NCBI GenBank assembly: GCA_043228905.1
Contig: JBHGNT010000008.1
Location: 17,608,001 to 17,672,000 of the forward strand
DNA length: 64,000 nt
Direction: 5' to 3'
From: Azolla caroliniana
Lineage: Eukaryota; Plantae; Polypodiophyta
The notes below the pieces were generated by a model. That model had not been told where the DNA came from and ran no database searches. It was given only the letters and a program-made list of their open reading frames with translations. The position numbers and the translations under genes were made by a program. Position 1 is the stretch's first letter. The number at the start of each line of letters is the position of its first letter. Shown piece by piece: positions 1 to 12,529 of this stretch.

Positions 1-114
1 CAAAGGACAATTCGATTGGACTCACCGACTGAGACCGAAGAAGATCGAGGAAGGCGACTAGGTTCTAGTGTATGACAACAGCCTCGACAACTAGCACCGG
101 GCAACGCGGAAGTT
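1..114 (+). pseudogene. Integrase C-terminal remnant of the same Gypsy family as 44406-51401/53928-60944 (continues off the window edge)
   Basis: Aligns by eye to 50359-50471 (QFDWTHRLRPKKIEEGD*VLVYDNSLDN*HRATRK); two in-frame TAG stops. Confidence 0.85.
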
Positions 115-963
115 ACGGCAACCGGATTAGACTTCAACGCTTAATCCTACTTGGTTAAGTTACTTATTATGATCGTCTTTCATAACACACACGTAAGATA
201 TAACAATTAAGACAGAACGGCAATTAACACAGAGAGATAACAACGCTTAAGCTTTCATTAATTAACCGCTAACTATTACATTGTATCCGGGCCTTTAAAT
301 AGGTTTCCGGTCTGTATTACAAAACGGTGCCATCCGCACCTGTTCGGGATCGGTCCAGATCCGGAACGGCATATCGTTCCGGTCCGTCCGTCCACACTCA
401 TAGCTTAATTACAACCACATTCCCACTACTTAAATAACTCTCCGTTTCCCACTCTGGACTCCTTTGCCGGCCGGTAACACTAGGCGAATACAATGCTCTT
501 CGATATTACAACCGCCAAGCCAGTGAGCGACCACGCGCAAATACCCACACAGAGAGAGCACGCAGTGGAGCCTTTGCCGAAGCGCACGGGCTTCTCCCTC
601 GAGCAGAGGCAACTGACCAAAACGTGCAGAGCTCAGTGAAGAAAAATGAGAAGAGTACTCGGTTCCCAGTCCGACCGCACTTCGTTCTCCCCCAAAACGC
701 GATCCCCGTTTCAGCCTTCTCCCCTCTCTTTTATAGGCCGTCGGGGAGGGCTGTCACATCCTGATTACATCATCTTTATTCTTTGTCCCTTCGGACAGAG
801 ATATGCATCGATTTCCTAGCTAACAAATGTGTACTACCTAGTATATTTACATCAGCCGACCTATCCCTAATTATGTACAACTTATCAATACTTGTGCCCG
901 CGCGTAACGGCCGGTTCATGCCTTTTACATTGATTCCGCCTAAGGCCGGTTTTCTCCACGACA
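113..963 (-). mobile_element. LTR (solo or truncated) related to the tRNA-Trp Gypsy family
   Basis: Reverse complement from 963 reads TGTCGTGGAGAAAACC...CATGAACCGGCC, matching the LTR starts TGTCGTGAAGAAAACC at 44406/53928. Left boundary approximate; no TSD found. Confidence 0.6.
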
Positions 964-1343
964 CCATCCTTCATCGTTTTGACCACAACCACCTCTTGGG
1001 CAAGTGTCATAGAAATGTGTCATGCCTTTTGGCACTAGGTCATTGCGTGAGTCGGGTGGAAACCACTGAGGTTTTAGACTAGGAGGAGGAGGAATTTAAG
1101 ACGAATTTCGTTATGAATAGTTTGTAAGAGAGAGAGATAGAAAACTTGTGAATCCCATGAGTATAATGTATGTATTTTATTACTATCTAGAAACCCTAAT
1201 AATTTTCCCAAGAAGCAACCCAAATTTTCAAACCCCCATATTGCATTTTACTCCCATCCTTATATAGTGATGGGAGAGGCTAAGTATAGCTTACCACATG
1301 GCAATCATCATGTTTTTCTTTCTCCTCTAACTAAAGTGTTCAT

Positions 1344-1478
1344 GCACACTAGATGTGCATGAGTAGCTTTTTCTATCATGCTTTTTCTTCTAATTTGCAC
1401 ACTAGGTGTGCATGAGTAGCTTTTTGTATCATGCTTTTTCTTCTAAAGTGTTTATATACACTAAATGTGCATGAGTAG
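1344..1478. repeat. Short tandem repeat (~53 bp unit, ~2.5 copies)
   Basis: cacactagatgtgcatgagtagctttttctatcatgctttttcttctaa is repeated. Confidence 0.7.
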
Positions 1479-2217
1479 GTACAATGGTAAGACTTCAAAT
1501 TATTAACATGGAGGTACATGGTTTAAATCTTGCCCTATGCATGTAACAACATTTTCACATTTTTCTCTCTTTTTTTCTTCATAGTTATTCAATCTAGTAC
1601 TCCGTACGTTTTTCACATAGTGTACGAAGTACACTACGACACTCACCCCATCCAAACCTGCACATCCTCTGTTATGTGCCGAAGTTGCTGGTTCTCGTTA
1701 TTCTCCTTCATCCGTAGTACCCTTCGTTTCTCCCACTATGTCAACTTTGTCTCTCCATTTTGAGCACGTCCATTCCTTCCACCCGAACCATTGTCGCCAT
1801 CCGATCCACCATATTCTTCGTTCACTCTTTGAATTGCCATGACCAGTTGGCATGGCTCCTTGTGCTCCCCTTTCATGTCTCGTGCATGTGCCACCTTCGT
1901 CTCAACCGACCAACCCATCATTTATTCTTGTTTTGTGCCTTCCTCCCCAAGGCCTTGTCTGAGAACCAATCTTGACTACCCTATGTAGTCCTTTTAAGTG
2001 CATATCCACCTCTAGATCCTTATGCAACCATACTTCATGCTTCCCACTTCATCCACCATCGTCATACAATCTCGTGTTAGAGTTGACGATCTTCATGTCA
2101 GAGCCCTCCTTCTTTCTTGAGATCTCGCCCTGGGTAACACCCTTCAAATCCTCTTGGCCCGTTTGGCCCTTGTCGTCTGTGGTAGTGCGCTTGCTTGGCC
2201 TCTTCCTCGTGTTCACC

Positions 2218-3170
2218 GGCCTATGGAACAACTACCGCAGCTAGAGGAAAATCAATTACATGGCCTATGGAACAACTACCGCAGCTAGAGGAAAATCAAT
2301 TACATGGCCTATGGAACTTAGAGCAAGATCAAAGACGCCAGAAAGCGTTTGTCGACCGACATCGGCTAGAGAAAAAAAAGTTGTTCGAAATCTGTCAGCT
2401 GGTGCTTGCCTTTCATACCAAAATGGGGTCAATGCCAGGGAAATTACTGTTCCGATGGACAGGGCCTTATTGGATCACCAATGCAAACAATGGAACGTAT
2501 CAACTCGGCACACTGGCAGGAGAAATAGTGTTGAAATGGGTAAACGGATTTCGACTTAAACCCTACATAGGACCAACCCCACTGAATCCATTTTCGACCA
2601 ATGGTCCGGATGAACAAGCTGAACATTCTGGAATTCTGGAAGAAAACATTTTGTGGGGTCAATCATGCAAGGCACTGTCCCATGGGCGTGCCATGTAACC
2701 AAGCGACTCGACATAGGAAGGGGCCGTATGGTATGTATAGTCGAAAGTATACTAGGAGAGTAGTCAAAAGAGTAGCCGAACAAGTGTGGAACCGAACAAA
2801 TATAGTCGAATGAAGATAATAGCCGAGTATAAATATTAGGTAGTTTTAACTGTTAGAGTTTTTTGTTCTTGCCGAATGGCATATTGCATTTTCTTGATGT
2901 AAGCTTCCAAGACACCCTATAAAAAAGGGGCATAGGGCATTGTAAAAAGATTATCGGTCTATAAGTGTATTAAGGTTTAAAATATCTAGTTATTTTTATT
3001 GAGGAACTTTGTGTCCAACAATGTATTTCATCTAATTGTGTAAGGTGATCGGTTTTGGCCGATTCAAACATCAGATAGTTATCTAAATGCAGCCGATCAA
3101 AATAGATTAATTCATATAATTAAGTTATATATCAGTGTAAGTGGTAAATCATAAAACCATCCCTCCAAAA
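2218..3170 (+). mobile_element. Gypsy 3' remnant: integrase C-terminus (GPY/F), PPT-like tract and probable LTR
   Basis: ORF 2195-2698 contains RQKAFVDRHR...GKLLFRWTGPYWI...GTYQLGTLAGE...WVNGFRLKPY, paralleling the integrase at 62798-63775. 44-bp tandem duplication at 2218-2305; AGGAAGGGG at ~2714. LTR end uncertain. Confidence 0.65.
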
Positions 3171-3701
3171 CACGATCTTCCTTGATAGGATACTTACTGA
3201 TTAAGTATTTGCATTAACATTAATTCCTCGAAGTAGCACCTTCGAACATTTAAAGCTCAAAGGAATATTTTCCTCAAGCCAAGGAAAATTGGTTTAAGTT
3301 TTACCTTGGTTCAAGGAAAGCTCTAGTTTTAGCATTTAAATCTTGAAGGAAAGCTTTCCTCAAACCAAGAAAAGCTTGTTTGAGCTCAATTCCCCCAGTT
3401 TGAGGAAAGCTTCGATGTAAGCTTCCTTGAGGGATATGCTTGAAGTCGATGTTGTTGCCACATCAAGATGCCACACAAGGCTTCCACGTTAGCTGCCATG
3501 TCACCCTACCTTGTCATTTGCCACATCATCTTACACACACAATTTACTTTTAACTTTAATTAAAACCTTTAAGATCCCCCCATTAAAACAATTAGCCCTT
3601 TCTAGTTTTCCAAAATACCCCTCATTTACCAAACAAATACATACTTAAACCCTATTTCCTTAAACTCACCTTACCCTCTTATAACAATTCAATATACCTG
3701 T

Positions 3702-4016
3702 TGTTGAGAGATCAAGCTCAACTTAGTTTAGTTATTTAGTCAACCATGTAACTTCGTAGTTACCTAGATAGAATCTAGTTAGGAGTGTTGACTATAACGC
3801 CTTAAATAGGACCTTGTACTTAAGTGGGATATTCTAGATCCTCCACTCCTAAGCAGATTTAATATAGGACTTACACCTTAGTACGTATATTCTACTCACA
3901 CATGTGCACCTTTGCACATGATACATCATTGTGGGTAGTTTTGTATTTGATGATGATAATGCTAATTTAATATAGAGTTAATGATCCCCCATCTTGTGTT
4001 GTTCATAAGTGTTAAC

Positions 4017-4058
<42 letters not shown>

Positions 4059-4149
4059 TCTCACACACATATCACTTAATCTTCTGCTTATCAACTAATC
4101 ACATAATTAGGTACTTATTAACCCATACTTAATTACCTAATTCTTAACT
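3702..4149 (+). repeat. 5' LTR of Copia A (TG...CT)
   Basis: Direct repeat of 12082-12529, immediately followed by the PBS. Confidence 0.92.
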
Positions 4150-4161
4150 TGGTATCAAAGC
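4150..4161 (+). promoter_or_regulatory. Primer binding site, tRNA-iMet type
   Basis: TGGTATCAAAGC (one mismatch to TGGTATCAGAGC) abutting the 5' LTR. Confidence 0.85.
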
Positions 4162-4319
4162 GTGTGGTTTAGAAAATCCACTAAGCCCACTCGACTCCGT
4201 GATTGTATGTTCGAGACGCCGACGACAAAATCCGGCTATCCGCTACCGTAGTGCCACTACGTAGCATGTGTACGCGACTGAAGGAAGGAAAGCAAAAACG
4301 AAAGACACTACAATCAACA

Positions 4320-6044
4320 TGAACACACAAATGGGTAGTTCGCTCCCTAGTGAAAAGCTAGACCAAAGCAATTATTCATCTTGGGAGTACCAGATGAACC
4401 AATACCTTGTCGGCCAAGGGTATTGGAGCTACATCAACGGCACTCAAGAAAATCGACCTGACCCAAAGAACGTATTGCTTGGCAACATGTGTCCACCACC
4501 ACATGCTTAGCCACATTCGAGACGCCAAGACGCTTAAAGAGGCGTGGGAGAACTTGAAGAAGATGTTCACCACCAACACGACCGCCCGAAAGCTTCAACT
4601 CCGACAAGAGTTGAACAACATTTGGCAAAAAGACATGTCCATGTCGGACTACACCGCCAAGATCAAGAACATTTGCGACTCGCTTGACTCCATCAAAATA
4701 AACGTCGACGAAGACGAGATGGTTCAAGTATGCTTGGGCAGCCTCACACAACGATTCGACTCATTGAGGACGACAATCTTGGTGAAGGAAAACCCTCCTT
4801 CGTTCTTCGACCTTCAATCAATGCTAATGGTTGAAAAGAACCACGTCCAAACCAAAACCAAGACATCGAAAGGATAAATGTTCTTCTTGAATTCGAATAG
4901 TGGCCGAGGATGAGGTCGAGGTGGTAGAAGAGGTCGATTCGACCCATCACACGAAGGGAACTCAAACATTTAACAACAAGACAAAAGCCATCAAGGAACC
5001 TTCGGAAGAAGGGGGAGCTTCCATGCCGAATAAGGTCGGCAAACGAGGCCCGCAACTTGCAACTATTGTAGAAAAATCGGCCACCGCGAGGAGTGCCGAA
5101 AAAGAAGAAGTCGACAACTCACGAATTACGCCATCAACTCTGAATAAGACGACTACGGTGAACTATTCATAATGAGGCATAGAGCGAACTCTATGTTGGC
5201 CTCCGACTCCGCTAGCACCTCCAATTCGGAAGATGTGTGGTTCGTCGATTCCGGCACCTCACATCACATGACATCCCACAAAGAGTGGTTCAATGACTTG
5301 CGTACACCGGATCGACCCGGCTTCATAGAGACAGGAGACGACACCACACATCCCATTCGGCACATCGGCAATGTCCCATTCGGGAAAGAAGGCGAGCAAA
5401 CTTGCACCAAGAATGTCTTGCATGTGCCCACAATAACGAAGAATTTGGTCTCCATCGGCCAAATCGTGGAGCAAGGCATGCAAGTACGCTTCAACAATGA
5501 AGGTTGTTTCATGAATAAGTCGAAAAACAAACCGGTCGGCACATTTGATGCCTACGATCGGACGGAGGAAAGGAGTACTTCTCCGATGAATTCACCTCCT
5601 ACCTCCAAAGTGAAGGCATTCGGAGAGAATTATCGTGCCAACACACACCCCAACAAAATGGAGTAGCCGAAAGGAAGAATCGGCAAATACTCGAGGTAGC
5701 ACTCGCCATGATGCATGAGAAGCACATGTTGAACTTCTATTGGGCCAATGCGGCATCCACGGACGTTTTTCTCATGAATCGGTGCACCACTAATGGAGTG
5801 CATGAGGTAACTCCATACAAGCTCCTCGTCGGAAGGAAGCCGATCCTATCACACCTCAAGGTCTTCGGAAGCATTGCGAATGAACGCATGTCCCGAACGA
5901 AAACTGACAGAAGCCCGGCGCGAAGTCTGAGAAATGTATCCTCATACGATAATCGTCCGAGAAGAAGGCATACAAGTGCTACAACCCTTCTACCTGAGCG
6001 GTTCGGGTAAGTCGAGACGTAGTCTTCGACGAGTCCGCATCCTA
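4320..6044 (+). pseudogene. Degenerate Copia A gag-protease-integrase
   Basis: Fragments LDQSNYSSWEYQM, KEAWENLKK...RKLQLRQEL (gag), VWFVDSGTSHHMT (protease), YWANAASTDVFLMNR...HLKVFGS (integrase); frameshifts, stops and deletions. Resumes at 11441-12020. Confidence 0.88.
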
Positions 6045-6049
6045 GTACG

Positions 6050-6671
6050 TGTTACGAATCCACTCTCAGATTCGCCTTCACCGTTTGGCCACAACCGAGA
6101 AATCACGAATCATTGCAGCAGAAAATAGGAAACACAGAGAAAGACACGATAACACAGGGATTAACGTGGAAAACCCTATACGGGAAAAACCACGGGAGTG
6201 CAAGACTCCAAACCAAAACTATGCACAGAGAAATATACAATGGCGAGCTGCAAGGCGACGACCTTGAGCTCGCTGTCCTCGCCACAGGCGGCGGTATTAC
6301 ACAGAGGCGTCGACCTCTTCGTCTCTCACGCTCTATCTCTCTCACGGCTGCTCTCTCTTCACTCCTCTAGAGTGGAAAAACAGAAAAATGAGTAGCAACA
6401 TAAAACTGTTTGCCCTAAGTCATATTTATACACATATGACTTTAGGGCTATTTACAAATATAGCCTCCAGGGCCCTTGGCAAAACATATTCACAAATATG
6501 TCCCCGCATCCGGATCTCTCTCCGGGTACATTCATCATCCGGCTCCGTAGCCGGGTCTTCATCATCCGGCTCCGTAGCCGGGGTCTTCATCATCCGGTTC
6601 CGTAACCACAACCGGGCTTGCCGTCATTCATCTCCGGACATCCCATCCGGAGGGACCGAAAAAACCCAACA
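6050..6671 (-). repeat. 3' LTR of Copia B (622 bp)
   Basis: About 3 substitutions versus the 5' LTR by manual comparison, and one fewer 28-bp repeat unit. Confidence 0.95.
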
Positions 6672-6681
6672 AACTCCCCCT

Positions 6682-9600
6682 TCACTTCGGCATGGGATGT
6701 CTCTCCAATCCGATCTTCTTCCGGCATGCTTCCAGCTTGTCGGGTGTGAGCACCTTGGTCAGCATATCCGACCCGTTCTCGTCCGTGTGGATCTTCGTCA
6801 GCACGAACTCCTTGTCTTCTATCCTTTCCCGGATCCAGTGGTATCTACGCTGGATGTGTTTCGTCCGGGAATGGTAGGCCGCGTTCTTCGCAAGGTGGAT
6901 GGCACTCTGACTATCGCAGTAGAGCCGGTACTCCTCCTGCCGGATACCGAGCTCTCTAATGAATTCCTTCATCCATATTATTTCCTTGCCGGCTTCAACA
7001 GCCGCCATGTACTCCGCCTCCGTGGTTGACAACGCAACCGTCTTCTGCAGCCTCGACTGCCACGAAACAGCTCCCCCTGCATACGTCATCACATACCCTG
7101 ATGTGGACCGGCTGGTATCCGCATCAGCCGACATGTCCGAATCGGTAAATCCATCGAGTTCGGGCTTACCGGAGCCGAATCGGAGGCACATGTTCGAAGT
7201 GGCCTTTAGGTATCGGAGTATCCATTTGACCGCGTTCCAGTGCTCTTTGCCGGGATTGCTCATGTACCGGCTCACCACTCCGACTGCATATCCTATGTCC
7301 GGTCGGGTACACACCATTGCGTACATCAAGCTCCCGACGGCAGAGGCATATGGTACTTTCATCATGACCTCCTTCTCAGCCTTTGTCTTGGGGCTTTGCT
7401 TCCTGGACAGCTTGCAGTTTGCCGGGAGTGTTGACCCGACCGGTCTTGCTTCCGACATGTTGAACCGGTGAAGCACCTTTGTCACGTACTTCTCCTGTGA
7501 CAACCACAACTGCTTCTTCTTCCGGTCCCGGATGATGTGCATCCCTAGTATTTGCCTCGCCGGACCCAGGTCCTTCATTGAGAAGGTTCGGTGAAGAGCC
7601 TTCTTCAGCATCCGTATCTTGACCTGGTCTCGTCCGACGATCAACATGTCGTCCACGTACAGGAGGAGTATTAGAAAGTCTCCTCCTTCGAACTTCTTCA
7701 CAAACACGCAGTGATCGGTCTGCGTTTTGTGGTACCCTTCGTCTGTCATGAAGGAGTCGAACTTCCGGTACCATTGCCGGGGAGCCTGCTTCAGACCGTA
7801 GAGGCTCTTCTTCAACCGGCATACCAGGTGCTCCTTTCCTTTCTTCTCGAATCCTTCCGGTTGCTGCATGTAGATCTCTTCTTCGAGGTCACCGTGAAGG
7901 AATGCCGTCTTCACGTCCATCTGTTCTACCTCGAGGTCCATGCTTGCCGCTATGCTCAACACCGTCCGGATGGAGGTCATCTTCACTACCGGGGCAAATA
8001 TCTCGTCGAAGTCGACGCCCTTCTTCTGCTGGAACCCCTTCACCACGATCCTGGCTTTGTATCTCGGGGGGTTTCCGGCATCTCCCGGTTTCAGCTTGAA
8101 CACCCACTTGTTTCGAAGTGCCCGTTTTCCTTTCGGCAACTCCACAAGTTCATATGTGTGGTTCTCATGCAGGGAATCCATCTCCTCCTGCATGGCACTT
8201 AACCACCTGCGGCTATGTGTGTCAAGCTCTGCTTCTTCAAAATTCTCCGGCTCCCCCTCGTCGGTTAGCAGCACGTGCTCTGGTTCCGGAAATCTCCGGG
8301 GGGCCCTTCTCTCTCTTAGAGGATATCTCCGTTCCGGGGCTTCGGTAACCGGCTCCTCCGTTTCCTCTTCATCCGAATCCATTTCGGGATCGGGGCCGGT
8401 TCCGGTATCAGTTTCATCTTCCTCGGCCGGTTCTGTTTATTCACCGTCTTCGGCCGGATCCTCGAGTGCTAACCGGTCCCTTGCCGGTCGGGACTGCTCT
8501 TCGTAGAGTTGATTCTCACCGGTCGACTTTGAGCTCTTCATCTTCTTCTCCGACTCCCAGTCGGCGAGTGTCTTGTCCTCCATGAAGATGATATCACGAC
8601 TCCTGAATATCTTCTTGTCGACCGGGTCCCATACTCGGTAGCCGAACTCGTCGTTGCCGTAACCGAGGAATATGCATGGCCGGGTCTTTGGATCTAGCTT
8701 TCCTCTCCGGTCCTTTGCCACATGCACATATGCGAGACACCCGAACACCTTCAGATGCCGGTAGGATACTTCCCTACCGGTCCACACTCTCTGCGGCGTG
8801 TCTCCATCCAAAGGTACTGAGGGTGATCTGTTTATCACGTATGTCGCCGTCGACATTGCCTCAGCCCAAAACCCCTTGGGTAATTTCGCATGCGCTAGCA
8901 TACTCCGGACCCTCTCCATTATGGTCCGGTTCATCCTCTCGGCCAGCCCGTTCAGTTCCGGCGTCTTCGGCACAGTAAACTCGAGCCGGATTCCCTTCGA
9001 GCGACAGTACTCCTCGAACTGCCCCCGGTATTCCCCTCCGTTATCCGCTCGTATCGCTTTCAGCTCCTTGCCGGATTCCCTTTCCACTCTCGCGTGGAGT
9101 TCTTTGAAGACGGACAATACTTGGTCCTTTGTCTTCAACGGTGCCGTCCACAGCTTCCGGCTGTGATCATCTATGAATGTTACGAAGTACTGGGCTCCGC
9201 CATGTGACTTCGTTTCTACCTGACACACATCAGTGTGCACCAACTCCAATGGTGCGCTACGTCTCGTCGGTGGCCTTGAGTGGAAGGAGGCTCGGTTCTG
9301 CTTACCGGCCAGGCAATCGGTGCACTTCTCCAGATGCACATGCTTCACTGGGATAAGGTTGTCTTCTGCAAGCCTCTTCATCCCCTTCTCACTCATGTGG
9401 CACAGTCTCTTGTGCCACAGCTCACCGGCAGTGTCGGCTGCCACGTTCAACTCTTCTGGACACAACCGGGCATTCATAAGGTACAGTGTGTTGACTTTCT
9501 GGGCCCGAGCCACTATCAGGCTCCCTTTGCTGAACTTCATGACACCGTTCCGGATGCTACCCGTGTAGCCTTCATCGTCTAGCCTCCCGGCCGAAATCAG

Positions 9601-10755
9601 GTTCAATCGAACCTCCGGAACGTGTCGAACATCCTTCAGCAGCATTTTGCATCCGGTCGAGGTTGTCAACCACACGTCTCCTATGCCGGCAATCCGGCAC
9701 GTACCTTCATTTCCCATCCGGACACAGCCGTGCTCACCGGCTGTGTATGATGAGAAGTATTTCTCCTCCGGGGTCAGGTGGAACGACGCTCCGGAATCGA
9801 CCACCCAGGTCATCTCTACACCGGCAAGATTTAGCTCCCTCTCTTCGGTAATGAGCATTATCTCTTCTTCACTTGCCGCGAGTGCCGTCGTTCCTTTCCG
9901 GTCCTGCCCTCGCCGATCCGGACCTCTCCGGTCCGTGGATCCCCGGTATGCACTGTTTCGCTCCGGTGACTTCTTCGAATCGGTGTCATCGGCTCCGTTG
10001 TCTTTTCGGTAATGCCGACAATTCTTCCGGAAGTGCCCCGGCTTCCCACAGTGGAAGCATGTGGGTCTTCCTCTTGACTGCGACCGGGTCCCCGACTTCT
10101 CCCGTCTTTGCGGACTCCGGTTCCATTGTCTTCCCCGATCCGATTCGGTAAGCAGCGCCTTCGGGTCGGAGGCCGGTTCTTTATCTCTCCGACGCGCTTC
10201 TTCGTTCAAAATACTTGTCTTTACCGTTTGTAGAGACAAGTTATCTTCGGTGCAGGAGGTGCTGAGAGTCACCACCAAGTTCTCCCAGCTTTCCGGCAAT
10301 GTACACATCAGAATGATGGCTTGCATTGCATCCTCCAGCGGGAACTTGATCGCCGCAAGCTGGTTCACGAATCCCATGAACGTGCTTACGTGTTCCACCA
10401 TACTCTCGCCGTCCCGGTACTTGAGGTTCACTATCTTCCTCATCAGGGAGGTCCGGTTCAACGCATTCTTCCTCTCGTAGAGGCCCGACAGCTTCCGCCA
10501 CATCTCGTATGCGTTGGTGTCGTTCGCCACATGTTGTAGAACGCTCACGTCGACGTATTGCCGAATGGTTGCAACGGCTTTCCGGTTCAGAAGCCTCCAT
10601 TCCGTCTCAAGTACCCCCTTTGGTATTTCCGACCTGTCAATCGGTTCGTACAGGTCCCGAACAATCAGAAGATCCTCCATCTTGATCTTCCAGTCGGCGT
10701 AGTTCTGCGCATTCAGCACCATCATCCCCGGCTGCCCGCTGCTGCCGCCTTCCAT
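6682..10755 (-). CDS. Copia B gag-pol polyprotein with a single in-frame TAA at 8437-8439
   Basis: Zinc knuckle CFHCGKPGHFRKNC, protease WVVDSGAS, integrase (LWHKRLCH, HTDVC, ADNGGEY, NGLAERMNRT), RT (QMDVKTAFLHG, LLYVDDML), RNase H (FTDSD, TEAEY). The 801-aa and 566-aa ORFs are in the same frame. Confidence 0.95.
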
Positions 10756-10785
10756 TTTCTGCACTGCCGTCGCTCTGATACCACT

Positions 10786-11435
10786 TGTTACGAATCCACT
10801 CTCCGATTCGCCTTCACCGTTCGGCCACAACCGAGAAATCACGAATCATTGCAGCAGAAAATAGGAAACACAGAGAAAGACACGATAACACAGGGATTAA
10901 CGTGGAAAACCCTATACGGGAAAAACCACGGGAGTGCAAGACTCCAAACCAAAACTATGCACAGAGAAATATACAATGGCGAGCTGCAAGGCGACGACCT
11001 TGAGCTCGCTGTCCTCGCCACAGGCGGCGGTATTACACAGAGGCGTCGACCTCTTCGTCTCTCACGCTCTATCTCTCTCACGGCTGCTCTCTCTTCACTC
11101 CTCTAGAGTGGAAAAACAGAAAAATGAGTAGCAACATAAAACTGTTTGCCCTAAGTCATATTTATACACATATGACTTTAGGGCTATTTACAAATATAGC
11201 CTCCAGGGCCCTTGGCAAAACATATTCACAAATATGTCCCCGCATCCGGATCTCTCTCCGGGTACATTCATCATCCGGCTCCGTAGCCGGGTCTTCATCA
11301 TCCGGCTCCGTAGCCGGGGTCTTCATCATCCGGCTCCGTAGCCGGGGTCTTCATCATCCGGTTCCGTAACCGCAACCGGGCTTGCCGTCATTCATCTCCG
11401 GACATCCCATCCGGAGGGACCGAAAAAACCCAACA
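10786..11435 (-). repeat. 5' LTR of Copia B (650 bp)
   Basis: Direct repeat of 6050-6671, adjacent to the PBS. Confidence 0.95.
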
Positions 11436-12081
11436 GTACGCACCAACGACAACTTCGACACCGACTCCGCTCGACCCGGAATCCGCCAGAATAGAGATAG
11501 AAGCCGAAGATTGGCTCACGTGCATGTTTGCAAAAAGCCCGATTACAACAAGGCTTAGTGGGCCACAAGAGCCCCCGAACGACCGAAGCACGTCACAGCC
11601 AAGTACGACCTTCAACAAAGGCAAAGGTAAGATGCCCGAATACAAAGTCGACCACCCCAACAACAGCAATTCGGATGTGTCGGCTCGCTCACTAGACAGT
11701 GAGTTTGGTGTACCCATCATGCGGACACCCGGAGCAAAGAAGGCGCTCACATCTGTGAGGGAAAAACTTCGATGTTGAACTAGAGCTAAGAACCCCGTCA
11801 CTCGGCTTGGCTACAACGAGTACATGGCCCATCACTATGCCTTCGCGATGAAGGTAGTGACCGAACAAGAGCCCAAGAGCTCTACCGAAGCGGCTCGTAA
11901 CCCACGATGGGTGGAAGTAGTCGACCTTCGCCCACACACTACAAGTCTTCGTCAAGCTTGAGGGGGAGGAACCGAGATTGCCTTGGAAAGGCCGAAGAAA
12001 GCCGAAGGCCGGATGGAAGCACACGAGCCAACGAAAGCCAACACGGATGTCGAACGCCTCACACTTGAGCTTGAGGGGGCG

Positions 12082-12413
12082 TGTTGAGAGATCAAACTCA
12101 ACTTAGTTTAGTTATTTAGTCAACCATGTAACTTCGTAGTTACCTAGATAGAATCTAATTAGGAGTGTTGACTATAACGCCTTAAATAGGACCTTGTACT
12201 TAAGTGGGATATTCTAGATCCTCCACTCCTAAGTAGATTTAATATAGGACTTACACCTTAGTACCTATATTCTATTCACACATGTGCACCTTTGCGCATG
12301 AGATGTATATATACATACCTCATTGTGGGTAGTTTTGTATTTGATGATGATAATGCTAATTTAATATAGAGTTAATCATCCCCCATCTTGTGTTGTTCAT
12401 AAGTGTTAACTTC

Positions 12414-12445
<32 letters not shown>

Positions 12446-12529
12446 TACATATCACTTAATCTTCTGCTTATCAACTAATCACATAATTAGGTACTTATTA
12501 ACCCATACTTAACTACCTAATTCTTAACT
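12082..12529 (+). repeat. 3' LTR of Copia A
   Basis: Follows the PPT; direct repeat of 3702-4149. Confidence 0.92.

Larger units (their letters stand above)
6050..11435 (-). mobile_element. Ty1/Copia LTR retrotransposon B (Tnt1/Tork-like), young and near-intact
   Basis: LTRs at 10786-11435 (5') and 6050-6671 (3'), TG...CA; perfect TSD GTACG (6045-6049 / 11436-11440); PBS TGGTATCAGAGC (10772-10783); PPT AGGGGGAG next to 6672. Confidence 0.97.
3702..12529 (+). mobile_element. Ty1/Copia LTR retrotransposon A, internally deleted, host of Copia B
   Basis: 448-bp LTRs at 3702-4149 and 12082-12529; PBS TGGTATCAAAGC at 4150; PPT GAGGGGGCG at 12073-12081; degenerate TSD CCTGT/CCTAC; gag, protease (WFVDSG) and integrase remnants; most of RT is missing. 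Confidence 0.92.

Noticed and set aside
3220-3700. Mutator-like terminal region (AAGGAAAGCT and GCCAC motifs) continuing at 12530-13560
   Set aside because: No partner TIR, TSD or transposase motif could be identified.
8437-8439. Programmed readthrough at the Copia B stop
   Set aside because: Context TAA-ACA lacks CARYYA or other known signals; a point mutation is simpler.
6388-10702. Numerous antisense and overlapping ORFs in Copia B (likewise within the Gypsy copies)
   Set aside because: Shadow ORFs of GC-rich coding sequence; no independent motifs.
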